From the NCBI GenBank assembly GCA_021811585.1, contig JAJZOG010000014.1, forward strand, positions 2,577-66,576: 64,000 nucleotides of DNA, read 5' to 3'. This DNA comes from a bacterium (GTDB lineage Bacteria > Patescibacteriota > Doudnabacteria > UBA920 > VMFF01). Under the pieces are notes generated by a model that ran no database searches, was not told the origin of the DNA, and was given only the letters and a program-made list of their open reading frames with translations. The position numbers were made by a program, and so were the translations under genes. Below are positions 56,277-64,000 of this stretch, piece after piece. Each line of letters begins with the position of its first letter. The first letter of the stretch is position 1.

Positions 56277-56305
56277 ATAGTATCATAAATGATTATGGAT
56301 GTCAA
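56277..56305 (-). promoter_or_regulatory. sigma70 promoter, probably leaderless
   Basis: Minus strand TTGACA-17 nt-TACTAT (TG extended), 6 nt before ATG 56270. Confidence 0.75.
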
Positions 56306-56394
56306 ATCTGTACAATACAACATGTGTTCCAGAGCAATAAACTGTTAAAATTTTAATAAAATAATGCTTGAAAATTTCTTAATTCAGGTTTTCT

Positions 56395-56433
56395 AAAAAA
56401 ATTAAGCCACCTAATTTTTTTAGGCGGCTTAAT
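56395..56433 (-). terminator. Intrinsic terminator after secF
   Basis: Minus strand ATTAAGCCGCCTA-loop-TAGGTGGCTTAAT followed by a T run. Confidence 0.8.
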
Positions 56434-56453
56434 AATTTTATTACATTGTGCGG

Positions 56454-57362
56454 CTATGCCCTGGTTTTTGCCGTCTTTGCACTGGACCATCTTTGCCAGA
56501 GCACTAAAATCGGACTGGCTATGAAAATTGAAGAATACGTGCCTGCGATTATGCCGATGAACAGCGCCAGCACAAAATATTTTATTGTAGCGCCTCCGAA
56601 CAGCAGCAGCGCAAGCAAAACAAATAGAACGGTTAATGAAGTGTTCAAGGATCTCACCACGGTCTGGTTGATGCTGTGGTTAACAATAAATTCAATTGGC
56701 TGGCCTGCCTCAACTTTTAGATTTTCACGGATTCTGTCGAAAACAACAATGGTATCGTGAACCGAAAATCCGAGAACAGTGAGCAAAGCCGTAACAAACA
56801 AGCTGTCCACCTCAACTCCCAGAAAATGCCCGAGAATCGAAAAAATTCCGGCAACAACGAACAAATCGTGCAAAAGCGCGACAATCGCAGACCACCCGAA
56901 TTTCCAGGAAGTAATGGGTTTGGTTACTTTGCGAAAAGCGTAAGCAATGTAAAAAACAATTCCAAAGGCCACTAGTATAAGTTCATAAACTGCCTTGGAT
57001 TTTAATTCCTGGCCGATCGAGGGCCCGATTGATGTGTAGGAAATTTCGTTAAAATCTCCTACTGCCTTTTTCAAATCCGTATCTATTTTATCGTGCTCGG
57101 TTTTGTCGATGGGCTTGGTTTCAATAATTACTTCGTTTGTGCCCGCTTGCTGGACTTTGAAGCCGCCGATGTTTTCGGAACTTAAAACGGTTTGGATTTT
57201 TGCATAATCCGGCGCGTGCGAAAACTGCAGTTGGGCTTCAGTGCCACCTGTAAAATCAATACCCAACTTGAGGCCGAAAACAGAAAGTGAAATAATTCCG
57301 GCGAGGAGAATTATGCCCGAGACAGCGAACCAAAATTTATAATGTTTGATGATGTTTAACAT
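56454..57362 (-). CDS. secF: Protein translocase subunit SecF
   Basis: LGIDFTGG, IGPSIG, LLHD, GFSVHDTIVVFDRIREN, GTYSSIFIA; ATG 57362. Confidence 0.96.
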   Translation of the reverse strand: MLNIIKHYKFWFAVSGIILLAGIISLSVFGLKLGIDFTGGTEAQLQFSHAPDYAKIQTVLSSENIGGFKVQQAGTNEVIIETKPIDKTEHDKIDTDLKKAVGDFNEISYTSIGPSIGQELKSKAVYELILVAFGIVFYIAYAFRKVTKPITSWKFGWSAIVALLHDLFVVAGIFSILGHFLGVEVDSLFVTALLTVLGFSVHDTIVVFDRIRENLKVEAGQPIEFIVNHSINQTVVRSLNTSLTVLFVLLALLLFGGATIKYFVLALFIGIIAGTYSSIFIASPILVLWQRWSSAKTAKTRA

Positions 57363-57366
57363 AAAT

Positions 57367-58866
57367 TTAGGAAATTTTTTCTTCTGTTCCTTGCGCAATA
57401 TCCGCACTCTTTTTTTTCTTCGAAGCGCCGAAAAGCCACGGATGCGTTAAAATGTTATGGCCCACAAACATGTGCAAGAAGGTTTCGGTTACAGTAATTG
57501 CCGTGAACAGAGAAATAATAATGCCGATTGCCAAAGTCACTGCAAAGCTTTTGATTTCAGGAGTTCCGAAAATGTAAAGTATCAAAGTTGTGATTAAGCT
57601 TGAAGCATTGGAATCGCGGATTGAAGGCCAGGCGCGCTTAAAGCCGTCGTCCAGTGCCAATTGCACGTCTTTGCCCAGGCGAAGCTCCTCTTTGGTGCGT
57701 TCAAAAATCAAAATATTGGCATCAACAGCCATGCCTATGGAAAGAATGAAGCCCGCAATGCCTGCCAAGGTTAGCGTAACAGGGTTCAGCCCCCCGGCAA
57801 ACATTAGGATAAAATATGCGAGAATTGCGAGAAGCCCGAAAATCCAGCTTGTGGTTAAGGCAAGTATGAAGAAAATACCAACTAAAATTACCGCTGTAAT
57901 GGAAATTCCGATTTTAAACACAGCGAAAGCCACGAGCCCGTAAATTACAAGCGCCAAAGCAGCAAGCAGGCCCGGAAACCTGTAATACGCAATCATAAAA
58001 ATTATAATCAAAATAAGGCCTATGATTCCCGCTATAATGCTTTTTTGTATTGAACTTTGCCCGAGCGTTGCGCCGATGGTCTGCTGGGAAACAAGATGGA
58101 TGGGCACTGGAAGCGCGCCGGAATTAAGGCGGGTTGCAAGCTGTTTTGCCTGATCCACAGTGAAATTGCCTGTAATTACAGCTTGCCCGTTGGTAATTGG
58201 AACCTGGACCGTTGGGGTTGAAAGCGGACTGCCGTCAAGAAAAATTGCCACCGGCTTGCCGACGTTCTGGGTGGTAATCTGCGAGAAAAGCTTTGTTCCT
58301 TCTGAATTAAATTGCAATAAAATTTCCGGCTGGCCTGTCTGGGGATCAAACTGCACGCTGGCGCTGCTTAAATCTTTGCCTGTGAGATCAGTCGGCAGCC
58401 ATTGCGAATTTAAGCTGATGTTCGCCTGCCCGCTGCTATTTACTGTTGCCGAAGGATTTGGATTTTGCGTGCGAAATTCTAAAAACGGCGTTTGCCCGAT
58501 AACTTGAATGGCCTGGTTCACATCCGTAATACCAGGGAGTTCAACTACAATTTGATTTGTGCCGCTGGTTTCCACAAGCGGTTCCTGTACGCCAAAATTA
58601 AAAATCCGGCGCTCAATAACAGAGCGCGCAGAATCCATCGCTGCGCCTCGTTTTGAAGGAGCGATGTTTGAAAGGTCGCCTTGATATGTCAGGCGGCTGC
58701 CGCCCTTAAGATCCAGGCCCAAGCGGGTTTGAAATTGCTTGGTGTAATTAATGCGGATATTATGCAGATCGATTTTGCTGCCGCTTGGTAAATCAATATA
58801 AAGTGCAAAAGCGGCAAGCAATAGTATAAAAATAAAGGTCAGGTAGAGCCGTAATTTTTTTTTCAT
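57367..58866 (-). CDS. secD: Protein translocase subunit SecD
   Basis: LGLDLKGG, VELPG, LNSGALPV, IGMAVDANILIFER, IRDSN. Confidence 0.96.
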   Translation of the reverse strand: MKKKLRLYLTFIFILLLAAFALYIDLPSGSKIDLHNIRINYTKQFQTRLGLDLKGGSRLTYQGDLSNIAPSKRGAAMDSARSVIERRIFNFGVQEPLVETSGTNQIVVELPGITDVNQAIQVIGQTPFLEFRTQNPNPSATVNSSGQANISLNSQWLPTDLTGKDLSSASVQFDPQTGQPEILLQFNSEGTKLFSQITTQNVGKPVAIFLDGSPLSTPTVQVPITNGQAVITGNFTVDQAKQLATRLNSGALPVPIHLVSQQTIGATLGQSSIQKSIIAGIIGLILIIIFMIAYYRFPGLLAALALVIYGLVAFAVFKIGISITAVILVGIFFILALTTSWIFGLLAILAYFILMFAGGLNPVTLTLAGIAGFILSIGMAVDANILIFERTKEELRLGKDVQLALDDGFKRAWPSIRDSNASSLITTLILYIFGTPEIKSFAVTLAIGIIISLFTAITVTETFLHMFVGHNILTHPWLFGASKKKKSADIAQGTEEKIS

Positions 58867-58962
58867 GAAAACCGATAATTAGGTTAAATGTTTGAAATGT
58901 TCTTTTAAAGACGGTTTTTAGAACTGCTTTAATTTTAAAGGGTTTTCGCAAAACAGGCAAGT

Positions 58963-59259
58963 TTAATGTTCGTGCGCATGGCTGTGCCCGTGGTCGCTGT
59001 CTTTGCCTTCTGCCTTATTTTTTTCCTCAATTTTTTGTATTTCCTCGTTAATTTTTTTGGAATATTCTTTCATTTTTGCGCTGTCTCCGGTTAGCGCTTC
59101 AGCCAATTTTTTTGGATCAATGCCTAAAATAATTCCCAATGCCAGGACATGAGAGGAAACGGAATAAACCCTGTAATCAATGTCCTGGACATGCATGGCA
59201 AGATCATAGAGCATTTGTTCATTTTTGCTTGGCATTTTTTTCTTGAAATCATTGGGCAT
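58963..59259 (-). CDS. Hypothetical protein with His-rich C-terminus
   Basis: 98-aa ORF between secA and secD ending DHGHSHAHEH. Confidence 0.7.
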   Translation of the reverse strand: MPNDFKKKMPSKNEQMLYDLAMHVQDIDYRVYSVSSHVLALGIILGIDPKKLAEALTGDSAKMKEYSKKINEEIQKIEEKNKAEGKDSDHGHSHAHEH

Positions 59260-59312
59260 GGTGTTTCCTTTGCTTGATTAAATTTAATATTGACCTACAC
59301 TGGCGGTCTTTC

Positions 59313-62042
59313 TTATGCATTTTTTCCGTGGCATTTTTTGAATTTTTTTCCGGAACCGCATGGGCACGGCTCGTTGCGGCCAATGCCTTGGAAACGTGGA
59401 TCGTTTGTGGATCCATTTTGGGAAACAGGCGCAGCTGTCCCGCCTGCAATTTGCGTGGCATTTTGAGCGGCCTGCTGAATGGGTGTTGCTTGCTGGAAAA
59501 TAATCCCCGCCTTATATATTGTCCGTGCAATATTGCTCTCTATTTGTGCCACAGCGCTTTTGAAAAGCGTGAATCCTTCGCGTTTGTATTCTACAAGCGG
59601 GTCGCGCTGGCCATAACCCCGAAGCGCCACGCTGTCGCGCAGGTGATCCATGGTATCAAGGTGTTCCATCCAGATAGTGTCCAAACTTTGCAAACAAACC
59701 ATTTTTTCCAATTGCCGCATTATGCTTGGCGCGCCTGCCGGCGTTTGCGCCTCGATTTGTTTTTCTTTTTCTGCATATCTTTTTTTTGCGATTTCTTTGG
59801 CATAATCGATTATGGCAAGTTCGCTATCGCCTGCTTGCGCCTCCAAGCGCACGATTTCCGCGGCTTCATCGGTGCTTACCGGAAAAATCGCGTTCAAGTT
59901 TTCCACGAGTTTTGAAATTTCTTTTTGATCTGATCCATTCCCCTCTTCGGTCAGGAAATAGCCCTTCACCGCATTTTCAATTTCATCATCAACCAGCCCT
60001 AAAATTTCTTCTTTCAAATTTGCATCCGGCTCAAGCCAGCGCCTGCGCCTGCCGTAAATTACTTCACGCTGCCTGTTCATGACATCGTCGTATTCCAAAA
60101 CATGCTTGCGGGTGTCGAAGTTTATTCCTTCTATCTTTTTTTGCGCTTGTTCAATGGATTTGGAAACAATTTTGTGTTCAATCGGCTGGTCCTCGGGGAT
60201 GCCAAGCCGTTCCATAAGCGTTTTCAGGCGGTCGCCGCCGAAGAGGCGCATAAGATCATCTTCCACTGAAACGTAGAATTGCGAAGATCCCGGGTCGCCC
60301 TGGCGCCCGCTTCTTCCGCGCAGCTGGTTGTCTATGCGGCGCGATTCGTGCCGCTCTGTACCCAGAATGTGCAAACCGCCCGCCACGCGCACTGTTTCGG
60401 CTTCATCAGGATCAACGGGATTGCCTCCAAGCAAAATATCCACGCCTCTGCCGGCAATGTTTGTCGCCACTGTTATTGCTCCGGGACGGCCTGCCTGGGA
60501 AATAATATGCGCTTCGCGCTCGTGGTTTTTTGCGTTTAAAAGTTCAAACGTCAGGCCTGCGCGCTTCAAATGTTCTGCCAACAGCTCGTTTTTTTGGATT
60601 GAAACCGTGCCGATTAAAATCGGCTGCCCTTTTTTGTGCCGCTCCGCGACATCGCGGACAATTGCTTCAAATTTGCCTTTTTCGCTTTTATAAATAAGAT
60701 CAGGCCTGTCTTCGCGTACCATAGGCCTGTTCGTGGGTATGACCACGACATCAAGCCCGTAAATGCTGTAAAATTCTTCTTTTTCTGTTTCCGCTGTTCC
60801 TGTCATGCCCGCAAGCTTTTCATACATCCTGAAAAGGTTTTGGAAAGTGATGGTTGCCAGGGTCTTGCTTTCTTGCTGGATTTTGACGTTTTCTTTTGCT
60901 TCAATTGCCTGATGGAGGCCGTCGGAATATCTCCTGCCGAACATTAGGCGGCCCGTGAATTCATCCACAATTATTATTTCGCCGTCGCGAAGGACATAGT
61001 CGCGGTCTTTTTTGAAAAGCTCTTTGGCGCGGAGCGCTTGCTCCAAATGGTGCACGGTTGCAATCCCGGCTTGTTCATAGATGTTTTCAACTCCCAGGGC
61101 TTTTTCCAGCTTGGAAATTCCTTCCTCATTCAAAGAAACTGCCTTGTGTTTTTCATCCACTTCATAATCCTGTTCCGGGGAAAGGGTCTCCACAAGTTTG
61201 GCGAAATGGTAATATTTTTCAGTTGGATCTGTATCGGGTGCGGAAATAATAAGGGGCGTGCGCGCTTCGTCTATCAAAATGCTGTCCACTTCATCCACAA
61301 TGGCAAAATGCAGGCCTCGTTGGGACATCTGCATAAGATCCGAAACCATGTTATCGCGCAGGTAATCAAAACCAAATTCGTTGTTCGTGCCGTAAGTGAT
61401 GTCAGCCGCATACGCTTCCCCGCGCGAGACGGGCCGCATATGCTTAACATCCAAAATAAAACCTTGCGTCCCTTCTGCCCCTTCGGCAATAAGGCCGGAT
61501 TGGTCTTGTTCCGGTTGGAATTCGGGATCATACATATAAGATTTTTCATGCTGTATGGAGGCAACAGAAAGCCCGAGGGCGTGATAAATCGGGCCCATCA
61601 GCGAAGTTTGCCAGCGAGCCAGGTAATCGTTTACCGTGACAAGGTGCGTACCTCTGCCGGTGAGGGCGTTTAACGCCAGCGCCAAGGTCGCTGTCAGGGT
61701 TTTGCCTTCGCCGGTTTTCATTTCTGCAATTTGCCCGCGGTGTAAAACAAAGCCGCCCACAAGCTGGACGTCAAAATGCCGCTGGCCAATGGCGCGCCTG
61801 GCGGCTTCCCGGACCGCCGCAAAAACGTCGTAGATTATGCTGTCCAGGATTTTTTGCTGTTCTTCAATTTCAAGGCCGCGCAATTCCTCTTTCCATTTAG
61901 CTGCTTTTGCTTTTAATTCCTCATCCGAGAGCGCCTTATAAGCCGATTCAAGATCATTAACTTTTTTAATCTCGTCGCTGAATTTGGAAAGTATCTTATC
62001 GCTTTTTTGCTTGGAGCCGAATATGTTTAAAAAAAATGCCAT
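59313..62042 (-). CDS. secA: Preprotein translocase subunit SecA
   Basis: EMKTGEGKT, VDEVDSILIDEARTPLIIS, QLRGRSGRQGDPG, SEC-C GRNEPCPCGSGKKFKKCH. Confidence 0.98.
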   Translation of the reverse strand: MAFFLNIFGSKQKSDKILSKFSDEIKKVNDLESAYKALSDEELKAKAAKWKEELRGLEIEEQQKILDSIIYDVFAAVREAARRAIGQRHFDVQLVGGFVLHRGQIAEMKTGEGKTLTATLALALNALTGRGTHLVTVNDYLARWQTSLMGPIYHALGLSVASIQHEKSYMYDPEFQPEQDQSGLIAEGAEGTQGFILDVKHMRPVSRGEAYAADITYGTNNEFGFDYLRDNMVSDLMQMSQRGLHFAIVDEVDSILIDEARTPLIISAPDTDPTEKYYHFAKLVETLSPEQDYEVDEKHKAVSLNEEGISKLEKALGVENIYEQAGIATVHHLEQALRAKELFKKDRDYVLRDGEIIIVDEFTGRLMFGRRYSDGLHQAIEAKENVKIQQESKTLATITFQNLFRMYEKLAGMTGTAETEKEEFYSIYGLDVVVIPTNRPMVREDRPDLIYKSEKGKFEAIVRDVAERHKKGQPILIGTVSIQKNELLAEHLKRAGLTFELLNAKNHEREAHIISQAGRPGAITVATNIAGRGVDILLGGNPVDPDEAETVRVAGGLHILGTERHESRRIDNQLRGRSGRQGDPGSSQFYVSVEDDLMRLFGGDRLKTLMERLGIPEDQPIEHKIVSKSIEQAQKKIEGINFDTRKHVLEYDDVMNRQREVIYGRRRRWLEPDANLKEEILGLVDDEIENAVKGYFLTEEGNGSDQKEISKLVENLNAIFPVSTDEAAEIVRLEAQAGDSELAIIDYAKEIAKKRYAEKEKQIEAQTPAGAPSIMRQLEKMVCLQSLDTIWMEHLDTMDHLRDSVALRGYGQRDPLVEYKREGFTLFKSAVAQIESNIARTIYKAGIIFQQATPIQQAAQNATQIAGGTAAPVSQNGSTNDPRFQGIGRNEPCPCGSGKKFKKCHGKNA

Positions 62043-62104
62043 ATTAAAGATTAATTGCCGGTGAATATTAATTGCTGTAAATTATGAGCTGCCGGTTGCA
62101 TTTA

Positions 62105-62133
62105 ATTATACTTTTTTTGCGCGTTAATTTCAA
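62105..62133 (-). promoter_or_regulatory. sigma70 promoter for secA
   Basis: Minus strand TTGAAA-17 nt-TATAAT. Confidence 0.7.
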
Positions 62134-62245
62134 GGTTCAGGGATTAAGTATGTCTTAACTCGACACAAGCAAATTTTGGTCTTGAAACTTGTGCCTTGTT
62201 TTTCAAGCTAATTACGGTAATACCTTGCGCGCATGCGCCGCGAAA

Positions 62246-62578
62246 TTAGCGCCCTTTTCGTTGTGAACCGAGCTTTTTGCGCAACGCAATCCGCTTATCC
62301 TTGTGCTTTAGAAGCTGTTCTTTGATTTTGGGGATGCACAAATCAATGGCTTCAAGAAAATCGCTTCCGCGAGCTTCCGCGAACATTTCCGATTTGGGAT
62401 TAATTGTAATTTCTACGTGGCATTTTGCTCCTGATTTATCTTTTCCGTAATCCATTTCGACGTGAACCGAGTTTTCCTCGCGCAAATATTTCATTAGCGG
62501 AGCAAGTTTTTTGTTGAGATAATCTGAAGTTGATGGGTTTGGTTCCGATTCCGCAAACTTGATGTTTATTGAGGGCAT
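62246..62578 (-). CDS. Ribosome hibernation factor (RaiA/HPF family)
   Basis: YLNKKL, AEARGSDFLEAID...IKEQLLKHKDK; usual position upstream of secA. Confidence 0.85.
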   Translation of the reverse strand: MPSINIKFAESEPNPSTSDYLNKKLAPLMKYLREENSVHVEMDYGKDKSGAKCHVEITINPKSEMFAEARGSDFLEAIDLCIPKIKEQLLKHKDKRIALRKKLGSQRKGR

Positions 62579-62606
62579 GTTTTGTTAAATTAATTTTATC
62601 TAAATC

Positions 62607-63548
62607 TTATCCTAACAGTTCTTTAATTTTGGAAACATATTCTTGGGCGGCGCGCCTGCCTTCCAAATACATTGTTTTAAAATTTCCGGAATCGATTTTG
62701 CCGTATTTTTTTACTCCGGGATCAAGCAGCAAATCGCAATCCCACTGTTCGGGCTTTTTCTTCTCCAAAATTGCGTAATCCATGGCTTTGCTTAGAACCG
62801 TTGCCATTCGCGGCGCCTTAATTTCATTAATGCTGTAGCCGCCGTCTCTTTCCCTTACCATGCCCGCTTTAATCTTGCCTGCAATGGAATTTATTTTTTT
62901 GAAAGGCCGCGCCACGAAATTATATCCTCTTTTAACGCTCAATAAATAGGGATTTATCACAGCGCGCGAAGCAGCAAGATCTATCCCCATAACAGTGTCG
63001 TGTCCGAACCTTCTTGCAGCCGCCACTGGCACGATGCTAAAAATTCCGCCGTCAACCAATATCCTGTCGCCCCAGACAACGGGTTCAAAAATTCCCGGAA
63101 CCGAGCAAGATGCTTTGATTGCGCGGAAAATATTTCCCATGGAAAGCTCGACGCTTTCACCGCGGATAATATCGGAAGCCACCAAAGTTACGGGTATGTT
63201 CAGGTCTTCAAAATTTTCAACTCCCAGCATTTGTTCAAAAAGATCTTTTGTTTTATCAAAATTAAACAGTCCCCCTTTAAAACTCGGTTCCAAAAAATTG
63301 TAGATTTCCCGGGATGTAAGAGAAAAATAAAGTTTTTTCAGGTTCTGAAGCTTTTCTGCTGCAAAAGCGCAGGCAACGAAAGACGCGCTGCTGCAAGCCG
63401 CAATGGAATCTATTCTGATTCCGTTTTCCTGCAGGACTTCAAGAATCCCTATGTATGTGATCGCGCGGCCCGCGCATCCCGAAAGAGCCAAAGAAAAAGT
63501 TTTTTTCTGCTTGAATCTTTTTTTCCGCTCAGCGCTCAGGGTTTGCAT
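62607..63548 (-). CDS. Patatin-like phospholipase (RssA-like)
   Basis: LALSGCAGRA, IGILEVL, ACSSA, ASCSVPGIFEPV, LVDGG; ATG 63548. Confidence 0.82.
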   Translation of the reverse strand: MQTLSAERKKRFKQKKTFSLALSGCAGRAITYIGILEVLQENGIRIDSIAACSSASFVACAFAAEKLQNLKKLYFSLTSREIYNFLEPSFKGGLFNFDKTKDLFEQMLGVENFEDLNIPVTLVASDIIRGESVELSMGNIFRAIKASCSVPGIFEPVVWGDRILVDGGIFSIVPVAAARRFGHDTVMGIDLAASRAVINPYLLSVKRGYNFVARPFKKINSIAGKIKAGMVRERDGGYSINEIKAPRMATVLSKAMDYAILEKKKPEQWDCDLLLDPGVKKYGKIDSGNFKTMYLEGRRAAQEYVSKIKELLG

Positions 63549-64000
63549 AATTTGTATATTTCCGCGGCGATTCTTTCCGCCGCATTTTCGGGCATTATTT
63601 TTCCGATGTTCTCCGAAAGTTCCCGCTGCCATTGTCCATCATATAGTAATTTTTTAATAATTGAAAGCAGCTTCTCGCCATCAAGGCCCTTTTGTCCTAA
63701 AACAATGGCGGCGCCCGCTTGTTCCAGGGCCTGCGCATTTTTTTCCTGGTGGCTGTCGGGCATGGGAATGATTATGGCTGGTTTTCGCACGGCCGCCAGT
63801 TCCGATATTGTTCCCATTCCCGCCCTGCATATGACGATATTCGATACGGCATATGCTTCTTGTATGTTTTCCACAATTCCAAATTGCCTGTAGTGCGGGT
63901 TTTGGAAATTTAGGCCTTTGTTTTTCCCCGTGGATTGTATGATTTCCGCAAATGTTATTAATTGCGGCAAGGCCTGTAAAATTACGGAGTTAAGGGCTGC
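63536..64000 (-). CDS. murG: MurG N-acetylglucosaminyltransferase, C-terminal part (5'-truncated by window edge)
   Basis: Frame open to the window end; ICRAGMGTISEL, PAIIIP, HQEKNA. Confidence 0.88.
   Translation of the reverse strand, partial: AALNSVILQALPQLITFAEIIQSTGKNKGLNFQNPHYRQFGIVENIQEAYAVSNIVICRAGMGTISELAAVRKPAIIIPMPDSHQEKNAQALEQAGAAIVLGQKGLDGEKLLSIIKKLLYDGQWQRELSENIGKIMPENAAERIAAEIYKLCKP

Noticed and set aside
63000-63893. 297-aa plus-strand ORF
   Set aside because: Antisense shadow of the patatin and murG genes

Overview
Gene-dense bacterial chromosome segment in genetic code 11. The gene content points to a Patescibacteria/CPR genome (inference): CPR-type VirB2-like pilin, VirD4/HerA-like ATPase with its partner, sigma4-HARE-HTH protein, two-domain ThyX, and few SD motifs. 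Most genes are housekeeping: gyrB, secE-nusG-rplK-rplA, a dcd-dut-kinase-kinase-tmk-thyX operon, frameshifted prfB, ftsEX, rplI, pyrG, rpmA, gltX, def/fmt, dsbA/dsbB, mnmA, secA/secD/secF, murG and tRNA-Gln(CUG). Gene orientation flips from mostly + to mostly - at about 28.9 kb, and a 28-bp dif-like site lies in that gap, so the window probably spans the replication terminus. Other notable items: (1) a single-chain mitochondrial-type PheRS (broken by a 1-nt homopolymer indel) next to a stand-alone PheT-like OB domain; (2) a recurring intergenic layout of a tandem array followed by its inverted copy, including CTAYYAA heptamer arrays, plus many locus-specific tandem duplications; (3) unusual fusions or degenerate enzymes (pilin-M15 peptidase, TagA-RppH-like Nudix, an apparently dead DEDDh between def and fmt, SecD with an extra hydrophobic insert); (4) an unlisted 47-aa Zn-finger gene with its own promoter, SD and terminator; (5) several probable leaderless promoters. 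No CRISPR, integrase, transposase or rRNA was seen. All calls are by eye from motifs; no searches were run.
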